A DNA stretch of 32,080 nt from Nitrospinaceae bacterium (GCA_046754465.1 JBHHVU010000037.1:1-32080); one strand, 5' to 3'. Numbered from the stretch's first letter, positions 7,762 to 16,989 are shown. A program made the numbers and translations. Notes: generated from the sequence alone by a model not told the origin.

Positions 7762-10051
7762 ACACCTCACGTGGTTTGATGCCATCGGAAGGCCCGACCA
7801 CCCCTTCTTTCTCCATGGTTTCTATGATTCGGGCGGCCCGGTTGTATCCGATGCGCAGTCTCCTTTGAATGTAGGAAATGGAAGCCTGGCGGTCCTTGGC
7901 GACCAGGGCCAGGGCTTCATCGTATTTTTCATCGAATTCCTCTTCCTGTTGGCCGGAGGTGTCTTCCACCGACGCCTGGAAAATGTCCTCTTGATAATCC
8001 GGCTGCTTTTGCCGTTTGATGAAATTGACGATCCGGTGAATTTCGGCGTCGCTGACCATGGCACCGTGGATTCTCAGGAGCCTGGAAGTTCCAGGCGGAA
8101 GAAACAGCATGTCCCCCTTGCCCAGAAGTTTGTCGGCCCCCATGGTATCGAGGATGGTGCGGGAATCGACCCGGGAAGTGACCTTGTAAGAGATGCGCGC
8201 GGGAAAGTTGGCCTTGATGATTCCGGTCAGGACATCCACCGACGGCCTCTGCGTCGCGACAATCAGGTGAATTCCGGCGGCCCGGGCCATTTGCGCGAGG
8301 CGGGTGAGGGACTCCTCCACGCCCTTGGACGCGACCATCATCAGGTCGGCCAGCTCGTCGATGAGAATCACGATGTAGGGCAGTTTGGCGGGGGGTTCCC
8401 CGCCCTCTCCGGTTTCCTCTTCCCCTGTTTCTGGGTCTCTTTCCAGTTTGCGCCGGTGAGCCCTTTTATTCTTTTTATTTTCCCGTTCATATTCCGCCAG
8501 CAATTTTTCCTGGAGCTGGTTGAAGCCGGAGATGTTGCGGACCCCGGCCTCCGCCATCATCTTGTAGCGCGACTCCATTTCGGCGACCGCCCATTGGAGA
8601 GCGGCGGCGGCTTTTTTCGGATTGGTCACGACAGGGGAAATCAGGTGCGGGAGGCCGTCGTAAATCGAAAGTTCCAGCATTTTGGGGTCCACCAGAATCA
8701 TCTTCACCTCATCCGGCGAAGCGTTCAAGAGGATGCTGCAAATCATGGCGTTCAACCCGACGCTTTTTCCGGAACCGGTCGACCCGGCTATCAGAAGATG
8801 TGGAATGCTGGTCAAGTCCTGCACCACGGGCTGGCCGATGTGGTCCTTGCCGATGGCCAGGGGCAGTTTGAAATCCGTTTCAATAAAATGGCTGGAAGAT
8901 AGGATCTCCTTGAAGTAAACCGTATCCTTCAGGGAATTGGGAATTTCAATCCCCACCACCGGTTTACCGGGAACCGGTGCCAGAATCCGCAGGCTCGTGG
9001 CGCGCATGGCAAGCGCCAAGTCATCCGTTAAAGACACGATGCGGCTGACCTTGACTCCCGGCGCGGGTTCGAACTCAAACAGAGTGATGACCGGTCCGGG
9101 CAATACTTGCACCACCCGGCCCAGAATTCCGAAATCGGCCAGTTTCTGTTCCAGGGTGGCGCTGTGGGCGAGAATCTCTTCCCGGATTTCGTCCGAATGT
9201 TCTTTCGCGGGGGGATCCTCCAGGAGCGAAGGCGGAGGAATCTGGTAATCACCGGTTTGCACCGGATCGGGCAATTCTTCTTCGATAAAAAATTCTTCCT
9301 CTCCAATGTCCACCTTTTTCCGCGAACGTTTATTCACGGAAGCCGCCGCTTTCGGGGGTGACAACATCGGAGTCAGGATGATGGGTTCCTGGGAATAGAA
9401 TTCTTCTTCCCGTTTTTCCTTTCGGGCGGTTTTCCATTGTTCCACCCATTGCGCCCCCCAGTCCTTCATTCCGGTCACACCCTGTGTGAAGCTATGGAAC
9501 CCCTTTTGTGCCCCTTCCCGAATCCGGTCGATCAGGGTATTGACGGAGACGCGGGTCATGGCCAGCAGGGAGCTGAAGATGAAGGTGGCGAGAATCAACG
9601 TGGCGCCTACCCGGTTCAACCACAGCACCAGAAAGGAGGCCAGCCAGGTTCCCGCCATGCCGCCGGTGGGAACGGATGGGCCAAAATAGGGATCGGTCTC
9701 CAGCTGGGCCGCGATCAGGGCGCAGAGACTGAACAGGAATACGATTCCGGAACTCACTACCAGGGGCCAGGCGTGAAATTGTTTTCCCCGGATAAGAGCC
9801 CAGCCCAGAATCAGTGTGATGATGGGAAAGAAAAAGGAGCCCGTTCCAAACATCTGGACCAGGATGTCCGAGAGATAGGCGCCCACCATGCCTCCCAGGT
9901 TGACCACCTCCCTCTTACCGGCAACGGCGTTGATGAAAGACGGGTCGTGGGACGAATAGGTCGCCAGCGCGAGTGACGCGAACAAAGAAAAAGCGATGGT
10001 CAGGATCCCTGCAACATCCCGGAGCACGCCGGGCCGGTTCGGTTCATTCAT
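7736..10051 (-). CDS. ftsK: DNA translocase FtsK
   Basis: N-terminal TM domain; Walker A GSTGSGKS; IDELADLMM; ATQRPSVDV; gamma domain IQRRLRIGYNRAAR. Confidence 0.97.
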   Translation of the reverse strand: MNEPNRPGVLRDVAGILTIAFSLFASLALATYSSHDPSFINAVAGKREVVNLGGMVGAYLSDILVQMFGTGSFFFPIITLILGWALIRGKQFHAWPLVVSSGIVFLFSLCALIAAQLETDPYFGPSVPTGGMAGTWLASFLVLWLNRVGATLILATFIFSSLLAMTRVSVNTLIDRIREGAQKGFHSFTQGVTGMKDWGAQWVEQWKTARKEKREEEFYSQEPIILTPMLSPPKAAASVNKRSRKKVDIGEEEFFIEEELPDPVQTGDYQIPPPSLLEDPPAKEHSDEIREEILAHSATLEQKLADFGILGRVVQVLPGPVITLFEFEPAPGVKVSRIVSLTDDLALAMRATSLRILAPVPGKPVVGIEIPNSLKDTVYFKEILSSSHFIETDFKLPLAIGKDHIGQPVVQDLTSIPHLLIAGSTGSGKSVGLNAMICSILLNASPDEVKMILVDPKMLELSIYDGLPHLISPVVTNPKKAAAALQWAVAEMESRYKMMAEAGVRNISGFNQLQEKLLAEYERENKKNKRAHRRKLERDPETGEEETGEGGEPPAKLPYIVILIDELADLMMVASKGVEESLTRLAQMARAAGIHLIVATQRPSVDVLTGIIKANFPARISYKVTSRVDSRTILDTMGADKLLGKGDMLFLPPGTSRLLRIHGAMVSDAEIHRIVNFIKRQKQPDYQEDIFQASVEDTSGQQEEEFDEKYDEALALVAKDRQASISYIQRRLRIGYNRAARIIETMEKEGVVGPSDGIKPREVYVKPILFE

Positions 10052-11705
10052 GGGGGATGGTGTTGAAGCTTTTTGAGGTTATCAAACGCCGGGTGGTGTC
10101 CTGGAGAATGGTTTCCCGGGTCCAGTTCACGTCGTCCGGTTCGGGGTAATCGAGATTGAAGTGCAGGCCGCGGCTTTCTTTTCTTTCCATGGCACCCTGG
10201 ATGATCAATTCGGCGGTGACGGCGATGTTCCTCAACTCCAGCGTGTCCTTGGTGATGTTGAAATTCCAGTAATATTCCTGGATTTCCTCCAGCAAAAGCC
10301 GGATGCGGCGTTGGGCGCGGCGCAGGCGTTTGTCGGAACGGACGATGCCCACGTAGTTCCACATGAGCCTTCGAATCTCATCCCAGTTGTGCGAGACCAC
10401 CACCGATTCATCACTGTCGGCGGCGTTGCCGCTGTCCCATTCGGGAATGCTGTGTTTGAGGGATTCGAGGCGGCCGGGGCATTGGAACGCGGCAACAGCC
10501 CGGGCCACCCCGCGATGCGAAAAGACCAGCCCCTCGAGCAGGGAGTTCGAGGCCAGGCGATTGGCGCCGTGCAGCCCGGAATAGCACACCTCGCCGGCGG
10601 CCAGCAGACGGGAGATGTTGGTCCGGCCGTTTGCGTCGACCATCACCCCGCCGCACATGTAATGCGCCGCGGGAACGATGGGGATGGGTTCCCTGGCCAT
10701 GTCGAATCCGAAATCGAGGCAAGTCTTGTAAATGTTCGGAAACCGTTCCCGGCTCCGGTACCCTTCGATATGCGTGACGTCGAGATAAACGCAATCGTCC
10801 CCGCTTTGTTTCATTTCGAAATCGATCGCCCGCGCCACGATATCCCGGGGCGCCAGGCACTTCATGGGATGATATTTCTCCATGAAGGTTTGGCCGTTTT
10901 TCAGACGCAGAATCCCCCCTTCCCCACGGACCGTCTCGGAGATGAGAAACGATTTGGCGTCGGGATGATACAGGCAGGTGGGATGGAACTGGAAGAATTC
11001 CATGTTCGCTATTTTCGCGCCGGCCCGGTAAGCGACGGCGATTCCGTCGCCGGTGGCGGTATCCGGATTCGAGGTATAGAGGTAGACCTTTCCCGCGCCG
11101 CCGGTAGCGAGCAGGGTGACCTTTCCCAAAAAGGTTTTGACCCGGCCCTCAAGGGTGTTCAAAACATATAACCCGAACGCCTCGTCATGCGGGCCGCCGG
11201 GCGGTACCGAGGGATCGAGCCGGGCAAGCGTGATCAGGTCGATGGCCATGTGATGCGGAAAGATTTCTATGTTGTCCCGCCGCAGGACCGCGTCGATCAA
11301 GGTCCGTTCGATTTCCCATCCGGTGAGGTCGTTGGCATGGAGAATCCGGTGTTTGGAATGACCCCCTTCGCGGCTCAGGTGGTAATCCTTCCCCTGGATG
11401 CGGTCGAACTTCGCGCCCAGGCTGATCAGTTCCCGCACGCGCGACGGTCCCTCCCTGCAGACGATGCGGACGATGTCTTCCCGGCAGAGTCCCTTCCCGG
11501 TTTCCATCGTGTCCTGCACATGCAGGTCGCAGGAATCGTCATCGGCCATGACCGAGGCGATACCGCCCTGGGCATATTTCGTGGCAGACTCTTCCAGCTC
11601 GTCCTTGGTGATGATACCGACCGACCCGTATTCGGAAACCTTGAGGGCAAAGGTCAGCCCGGCGATCCCACTGCCTATGACTAGAAAATCCTTTTGAATC
11701 CTCAT
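10044..11705 (-). CDS. nadB: L-aspartate oxidase
   Basis: GSGIAGL FAD motif, AQGGIA, REGGHS, QFHPT, LAPRDIVARAI, AHYMCGG, GLHGANRLASNSLLE, RKESRGLH. Confidence 0.96.
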   Translation of the reverse strand: MRIQKDFLVIGSGIAGLTFALKVSEYGSVGIITKDELEESATKYAQGGIASVMADDDSCDLHVQDTMETGKGLCREDIVRIVCREGPSRVRELISLGAKFDRIQGKDYHLSREGGHSKHRILHANDLTGWEIERTLIDAVLRRDNIEIFPHHMAIDLITLARLDPSVPPGGPHDEAFGLYVLNTLEGRVKTFLGKVTLLATGGAGKVYLYTSNPDTATGDGIAVAYRAGAKIANMEFFQFHPTCLYHPDAKSFLISETVRGEGGILRLKNGQTFMEKYHPMKCLAPRDIVARAIDFEMKQSGDDCVYLDVTHIEGYRSRERFPNIYKTCLDFGFDMAREPIPIVPAAHYMCGGVMVDANGRTNISRLLAAGEVCYSGLHGANRLASNSLLEGLVFSHRGVARAVAAFQCPGRLESLKHSIPEWDSGNAADSDESVVVSHNWDEIRRLMWNYVGIVRSDKRLRRAQRRIRLLLEEIQEYYWNFNITKDTLELRNIAVTAELIIQGAMERKESRGLHFNLDYPEPDDVNWTRETILQDTTRRLITSKSFNTIPHE

Positions 11706-11712
11706 CCTTGGG

Positions 11713-11741
11713 ATTATAGACCTTTGACCCTTTTAAATCAA
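11713..11741 (-). promoter_or_regulatory. Sigma70-type promoter for the nadB-ftsK operon
   Basis: Minus strand reads TTGATT-N17-TATAAT, ending 7 nt before the nadB ATG. Confidence 0.7.
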
Positions 11742-11760
11742 CAGGATGCTCATAGGTTGC

Positions 11761-11833
11761 CTCTCGCCCCGCCACCGGGGAGGGAAAAGGCCGGAGCGTC
11801 ATCGCCCACCCGGCTTGGTCCGCCCCTTAACGC
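11761..11833 (-). repeat. Copy of the intergenic repeat family seen at the window start
   Basis: Reverse complement GCGTTAAGGGGCGGACCAAGCCGGGTGGGCGATGACGCT...CCCTCCCCGGTGG aligns with GCGTTATATGGCGGACTGAGGTGGGCTGGCGATGATGCT...CCCTCCCCCGTGG (130-192). Confidence 0.6.
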
Positions 11834-11841
11834 AGGTCCGG

Positions 11842-12813
11842 CTACCCGCCGAGGTCCCCGGCCGCAACCTTGAGGTGTTTGTTGTTTTCCATGTCGAACC
11901 ACATGGCGAAGAGAAGAAACTGCAGACCGGAAATGACCAGGAACGCCGAGAACAATGCGCTGGTTACGGAAACGGGGCCGGAAAAGATGCGATACAAAAA
12001 CAGGTAAGTTCCCATCACAAACCCCGGCGGGAAGGCGGCCATCCCCAGGGCATAGAAGAAGATGAGCGGATGAAAGTCACGGATCACGTATTTCTGCACC
12101 AGGCGTTTGAAAAAGCAATGGACGAGCAACCCGGAGATGCTGGTGATGACGCGGGAAACCCGGATGCCGGAAACTTCGCCGATATTGTAGACCGGCCGGA
12201 TGGAGACGTCGCACACTCTTTGTTCGGCGATATTGAGTTTGACGAGCAGGTCGTTGGGCATTCCGTAGCGAGGGTAGATGCCGTCGAGGTCGATGGACAT
12301 TAGCGCCTCCCGGGAAATAGCTGTGAAGCCGCATTGGGAGTCGGCGATGTGCCAGTAGCCGCTGGCGATCTTGGTCAACAGGGAGAGGACGGCGTTTCCG
12401 ATATACCGGTAGCGGGGGATGATGTTCCAGGCCTGTCCCCGAAACAGCCGGTTGCCCTTGGAATAGTCCGCCCTCCCCTCGGCCACGGGGGCGAGGACCT
12501 TTTCTAGGTCCACCGGGTCCATCTGCGCGTCCCCGGCCATCACGGCGGCGATATCGCAGCCCAGTTTCAGGCTTTTTTTGTAGCCGGAAGCAATGGCGGC
12601 GCCAACGCCCCGGTTCATCTCATGCCGAATCAGGCTCACCCGCGGGTCCTCCTTGATATGACGCTGGACCTTTTCCACGGTGGTATCGGTACTGGCATCG
12701 TCTACCACGATCACCCGGTCCACCCAATCAGGCATGGTATGCAAAACCCTGAGGATCAGCTTTTCCTCATTGTGCGCGGGAACCACTACCGCTATGGTTT
12801 TATTTTTGAACAT
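11842..12813 (-). CDS. GT2 glycosyltransferase, DPM1/polyprenol-phosphate sugar synthase-like, with two C-terminal TM helices
   Basis: VVVPAHNEE, VDDASTD, NRGVGAA, AGDAQMDP, DSQCGF motifs; hydrophobic C-terminus. Starts 8 nt after the upstream stop with a GGAG RBS. Confidence 0.88.
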   Translation of the reverse strand: MFKNKTIAVVVPAHNEEKLILRVLHTMPDWVDRVIVVDDASTDTTVEKVQRHIKEDPRVSLIRHEMNRGVGAAIASGYKKSLKLGCDIAAVMAGDAQMDPVDLEKVLAPVAEGRADYSKGNRLFRGQAWNIIPRYRYIGNAVLSLLTKIASGYWHIADSQCGFTAISREALMSIDLDGIYPRYGMPNDLLVKLNIAEQRVCDVSIRPVYNIGEVSGIRVSRVITSISGLLVHCFFKRLVQKYVIRDFHPLIFFYALGMAAFPPGFVMGTYLFLYRIFSGPVSVTSALFSAFLVISGLQFLLFAMWFDMENNKHLKVAAGDLGG

Positions 12814-12820
12814 TTCGCTT

Positions 12821-15120
12821 TCAACTCCTGGTGAGGTTTCGCGGATTTCGGAGGGTCCGGGAAGCCGCCTCGAAATTTTTTTGTTGCTGTTGCCATTGCC
12901 GCCGGATCATTGTCAATTGTCTCAGGTTGCGGACCTTTTGCCGTGCCAATTGAATCTCTTTCGCCGCCTTTCCACGCTGGCCGCCTTCCTGCCAGGTGAG
13001 GCCCATTTCCAGGTGGGGCCGGAAGGCGCGGGGTCTGAGGCGGCCGGCCTGGTCCAGGGCCTGGATCGCTTTGTCCCATCGTCCCTCCGCACGGAGGAGC
13101 AGTCCTTCGGCGAGCCGGGTCTGATAAATTTCAGGATACGTCTTGCGGAGAATCTCCCATTGCGCGTGCGCTGCCCGGGTTTTTCCGTCGAGGATGAGGT
13201 TGTCGATCATTTGGAACCGCCAGTCCGCTCCCCTTTGTCCCAGGAACTCATACATCAATTTGAGGGCGGCCCGTTCATCGGCGTATCTTTGTTTGTCGTG
13301 GTAATACATGGCGAAGGAAGGAATATAAAACGCGACTTTATTGATCCATTCCGTCTTCTCGATTCCGGGTTTTTTCAGTTCATCGGTCAGGAGTTCCCTG
13401 AACTCCGCGAAGGCCGGGTCGGTTCCGTCTGTCACGGATGTCTCCACGGGTTTGGCGTTGTACCGGAGCAGGATATTTCGATACGGTTCCAGATCCTGGG
13501 CCAACGGGAGTTGTTCCCAAAGAGTCAGGTTCTGTTCGACCAGAATGGGCCGGTGAGTCCCGTTTTGCCGGATCAGTTCGCGGACATAATCCAGAGTTTG
13601 TTCACGGGAATTGAAATCGTGCCGTGAGGGATCCGGGAGAACCAGGCCGGGATAGCGCCTGGGGGTGAGAAGGGACGGCGGGTCCTTTTCCAGCAGGTCC
13701 CAGGCCTTGATGCCGGTGACGTCGTCGCGGAGCCGCAGGACGTCCTGCAAATAATAAAAATTAAACCACGACATGCCGGTGATGAAAATGCTTCTGTCCT
13801 CCAGGGACAGGGAAACCCGTTTCAACAACGTTTCACCGAAATACAGTCCGGACCGGTCCACTTTCTGAAAGTTGGCGATCCCCATCCAGGGAATGAACGC
13901 GGCGATTCCCCAAGCCATCCCCCGCCTCCATGGGGCCGGAGAAGGAGTGGGAAAAAGTGGAGGAGGGTCTTTTTGCGTGGAGAGGTTTTTTCCCGGTTTC
14001 CCCTTTCCCCAGGCGAAGGTCCACGATTGGAACAGGAGATGATACACCGCGGCAGAGGTAAAAAGACACGCGACGATGTAGGAGGGGAAAAAGCTCTCTC
14101 TCCTCCAATCCACGAAAAAGGTTGCATTGACCGCTACGATGATGACAAAGAAGAAAAACAGGGCGGGGCTTTTTCTCAGGCACAGTAAACCCCCGGCGAG
14201 AAATCCCAGAACGGCCGCCTTGGACAAATGGGCATTGAGATCCGTCATCAGGTTCGAAACGATGTTTCCCATTTTTTGGAACCCCTGCACCGCAACATTC
14301 CAAAGCGAGGAGGCCGCGCCCCCGGCTTGAGAAAGGAGGGAATCCCCGAGATAAGAAAAATGCGTGGCCGCGTCCTTGCGGTCGGTGACTTGATAAAAAA
14401 ATCCATTCAGAGTTTCCGGATTTCCCCAGTCCATGGAAGGTTCCGCCAGGGAACGGATGGGAAGATAGGTGTACACTGATAGGCCGATGAAAAAAAAGAT
14501 GACGGTGGCGAAAAGATGACGCATGGTATTCCCGCGATTCCAACTGAAGAACAATACCAGGATCGCGGGCAGCAAAAAGGCCATGGTGCCATGGTTTCCC
14601 GCGCTCAATCCATACACCAGGGCGCCGCAGTAAAGGAACCGCGCATCCTGTTTTTCCCTCCATGTCAGAAGCAGTAAAATGATAGCGGCGATGAAGAACG
14701 CGTGCAGGGAATAAACTTCCGCTACCAGGGCATGCATCCAGAAAGGGGCGGCGAAAGCCAGTAATCCCGCGCCCAGGCACGCGGGCGCGATGAACCGCGA
14801 GGGATCTTCATCGGGATACAATGAGGCCAGGAATCGAATCGCGGTCCAATAAAGAACGGCCAGGGCCAGGCAGGCGAATGCCGCGGAAAAAAGATTGACC
14901 TTGAGGGCAATCGATCCCAAGGGAAACAGGGTGAACGCTTTGCCGAGAAGATTGTAAGTGGGAAACCCCGCGGGGTGACTGATTCCCAGAGTGAAGGCGC
15001 TGTCCACGAACTCGGGGGAATCTCTATGATTGATGGTGGGTGAAACGGTGAAGAGGTAGAATAACCAGGGAAGACTGATTAAAAAAAAACTGCGATTCGG
15101 TTTTGAAGGGAGAATTTCAT
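12821..15120 (-). CDS. DUF2723 / TMEM260-like multi-pass GT-C glycosyltransferase with C-terminal TPRs; frameshifted at a T9 tract (15081-15089) as sequenced, so the long ORF is open only from GTG 15007
   Basis: YLFTVSPTINHRDSPEFVDSAFTLGISHPAGFPTY, AEVYSL, GNHGT, YLPIRS and DWGNP are typical DUF2723 motifs. Conserved residues extend in frame upstream of GTG 15007. ATG 15120 is out of frame by 1 nt. Confidence 0.8.
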
Positions 15121-15151
15121 CAACCTGAATTCGTTACCAGAGAAAGGAAAT

Positions 15152-15191
15152 CCCGGTTTCCATCCCCCCAGCGGGAGAGATGGAAACCGGG
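15152..15191 (-). terminator. Stem-loop downstream of pilA (probable leaky intrinsic terminator)
   Basis: 13-bp inverted repeat CCCGGTTTCCATC / GATGGAAACCGGG, followed on the minus strand by ATTTCCTTTCTCT. Confidence 0.65.
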
Positions 15192-15225
15192 TATAATGCC
15201 GCCTCTGCAAGCGAGGTTTTCCGGA

Positions 15226-15603
15226 TTAACTGATGTTACCCGCCGAATCAATCGTAAAGGTGCCACTACCGCTTGCGTGTGTGCCTGTTGCGGTGAAACC
15301 CGACTCGGTCGCGGTGGTGATGGCGACCGTCACGTTGGAAGACTGAATGAATCCGTAGGAAGCCTGCTTCGCCGTGGCCAGTGCGCAGTTGCTGGTGCTC
15401 GTATTATCGCCCCAATACGCCTTGCAGGACAGATAAAGGTTGTGCAGGTTGGCTTTGGCATCCGAATCGTAAGCCCGTGTTTTATACTGGCTGAACTGAG
15501 GGATGGCGATGGCGGCCAGAATTCCGATGATCGCGATGACGATCAACAACTCGATCAGGGTAAAACCCTTTTCATTTTTTTCGGTCAGCATTTTGAAAAC
15601 CAT
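15226..15603 (-). CDS. pilA: Type IVa major pilin (125-aa prepilin, 112-aa mature)
   Basis: Class III signal EKG|FTLIELLIVIAIIGILAAIAIPQF with E5 and P22; AGAGGAG RBS before ATG 15603; own sigma54 promoter and terminator. Confidence 0.9.
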   Translation of the reverse strand: MVFKMLTEKNEKGFTLIELLIVIAIIGILAAIAIPQFSQYKTRAYDSDAKANLHNLYLSCKAYWGDNTSTSNCALATAKQASYGFIQSSNVTVAITTATESGFTATGTHASGSGTFTIDSAGNIS

Positions 15604-15694
15604 TCTGAATTCTCCTCTTGCTTGGTTGGACAACCCGGTTAAAACGTTTATGGCAAAAACGCGCCAGAAGTCACTTGTTTTTTCCTTTAGGTTG

Positions 15695-15711
15695 TGCAAA
15701 CCCAGTGCCAA
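15695..15711 (-). promoter_or_regulatory. Sigma54 (-24/-12) promoter of pilA
   Basis: Minus strand TTGGCACTGGGTTTGCA matches TGGCAC-N5-TTGCW; AT-rich A-tracts lie upstream. Confidence 0.85.
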
Positions 15712-15815
15712 AAAAAACGAAAAAAATTTAATTTTTGAAACACTTATAAAACCAGCAGTTATTTGACGGACGGAAGTTTATTCTGAACCCCCGGAAGTTA
15801 ATGGACATTTAAAAC

Positions 15816-15828
15816 GACAAATTTTGTC
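15816..15828. promoter_or_regulatory. Candidate enhancer-binding-protein site (GACAA-N3-TTGTC)
   Basis: Palindrome GACAAATTTTGTC about 105 bp upstream of the sigma54 promoter; the same motif occurs at 29561-29573. Confidence 0.5.
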
Positions 15829-15902
15829 ATTCGGGCAGTATAAATTAATAAATTTTGGCTCCGGGACCGGGAGCCGTTGGATAATGGATTGAGGGAGGTT
15901 GG

Positions 15903-16592
15903 ATGACAGGTCAGGCAAAATGCCGGGTGGGGATTCTTGGAGGAACGTTTGACCCGGTCCACAATGGACATCTCGGGTTGGCGGCGGGCGTGCGCAACCA
16001 GTTTCACCTGGACCGCATACTTTTTATTCCCGCCCGTCAGTCGCCCCACAAGCAAGGCCAACCGCTGACATCGTCCTTTCACCGGCTGGAGATGCTCCGG
16101 CGGGCGGTTTCCCCCTTTCCGGGTTTTCAGGTGAGCGACATCGAACTGAAAAGGGAAGGAGTGTCTTATACCATCGACACCCTGGATACCCTGGGGGCGG
16201 AACATCCGCGATGGGAATTTTATTTGATCATGGGCGCCGATGTTTTTGAAGGGCTTTCCACCTGGAAAGACACGGCCCGGCTTTTGGCGATGAGTCATAT
16301 CATTGTGGCGGCCCGGCCGGGGTATACCTTGAACTGCATGGAGAAAACCCTGAAGAGCCTGTCCAGCGGTGCGCCGGTTCTTTATTCCCCGGAAAAACGG
16401 GAGGACGGAACCACCGTATTTCACCAGGGTGAAACCGGGACCACCTTAAGCTTTTTCAACCTGGAACCGTTGAATATATCGGCCAGTGACATTCGTGACC
16501 GGATACGCAAAAAAAGGGAAATCAAAAATATGTTGCCACCCGAAGTTGAAAATTATATCATGAAAAATCAACTTTACCGAGTGGAGTCCTGA
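15903..16592 (+). CDS. nadD: Nicotinate-nucleotide adenylyltransferase
   Basis: GGTFDPVHNGH, SPHK, SYTIDTL, IMGAD and ISASDIR motifs; GGAGG RBS; upstream of rsfS. Confidence 0.95.
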   Translation: MTGQAKCRVGILGGTFDPVHNGHLGLAAGVRNQFHLDRILFIPARQSPHKQGQPLTSSFHRLEMLRRAVSPFPGFQVSDIELKREGVSYTIDTLDTLGAEHPRWEFYLIMGADVFEGLSTWKDTARLLAMSHIIVAARPGYTLNCMEKTLKSLSSGAPVLYSPEKREDGTTVFHQGETGTTLSFFNLEPLNISASDIRDRIRKKREIKNMLPPEVENYIMKNQLYRVES

Positions 16593-16608
16593 CCTTGAAA
16601 TGGGTTGA

Positions 16609-16962
16609 ATGAAAGAACCTGTAAATGAACTGCAGCGGATGGTGGTCGATGCCGCGGCGGAAAAAAAAGCTTTCGACATCCTCATTTTGGATTTGCGTAA
16701 CCGGTCGGACTTGACGGACTATTTCGTGATCTGCAGCGGCAATTCCAAGGCGCAGGTCCAAGCCATCGTTGATTCCATCCTGGGAAAAATCTACCACACC
16801 CCGCACAAATATTTAGCGGTTGAAGGCTATTCATCGGGCAACTGGGTGATTCTGGATTTGGGGGATATGATGGTACACGTTTTCCAAAAAGAAGCGCGCC
16901 TTCATTATAATCTCGAGCGATTGTGGGGGGATGTTCCCGTTATAAACGCCGTGGGCCAATGA
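16609..16962 (+). CDS. rsfS: Ribosome silencing factor RsfS (Iojap)
   Basis: KKAFDI, DYFVICSG, WVILDLGDMMVHVF, RLHYNLERLW; conserved nadD-rsfS order. Confidence 0.95.
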   Translation: MKEPVNELQRMVVDAAAEKKAFDILILDLRNRSDLTDYFVICSGNSKAQVQAIVDSILGKIYHTPHKYLAVEGYSSGNWVILDLGDMMVHVFQKEARLHYNLERLWGDVPVINAVGQ

Positions 16963-16989
16963 ATCTTCTTATCAGGAGTTACTCTTCGC

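Noticed and set aside
14490..14497. Other A8 tracts (14490-14497, 6033-6040) as frameshift sites
   Set aside because: The reading frames are intact across them (Phe codons).
15604..15711. Extended N-termini in the ORF track (pilA from 15711, fimT from 29447, pilV from 28855, ALDH from 24452, plsC from 6076)
   Set aside because: They overlap promoters or upstream genes; downstream ATGs give normal leaders and better RBS or coupling.
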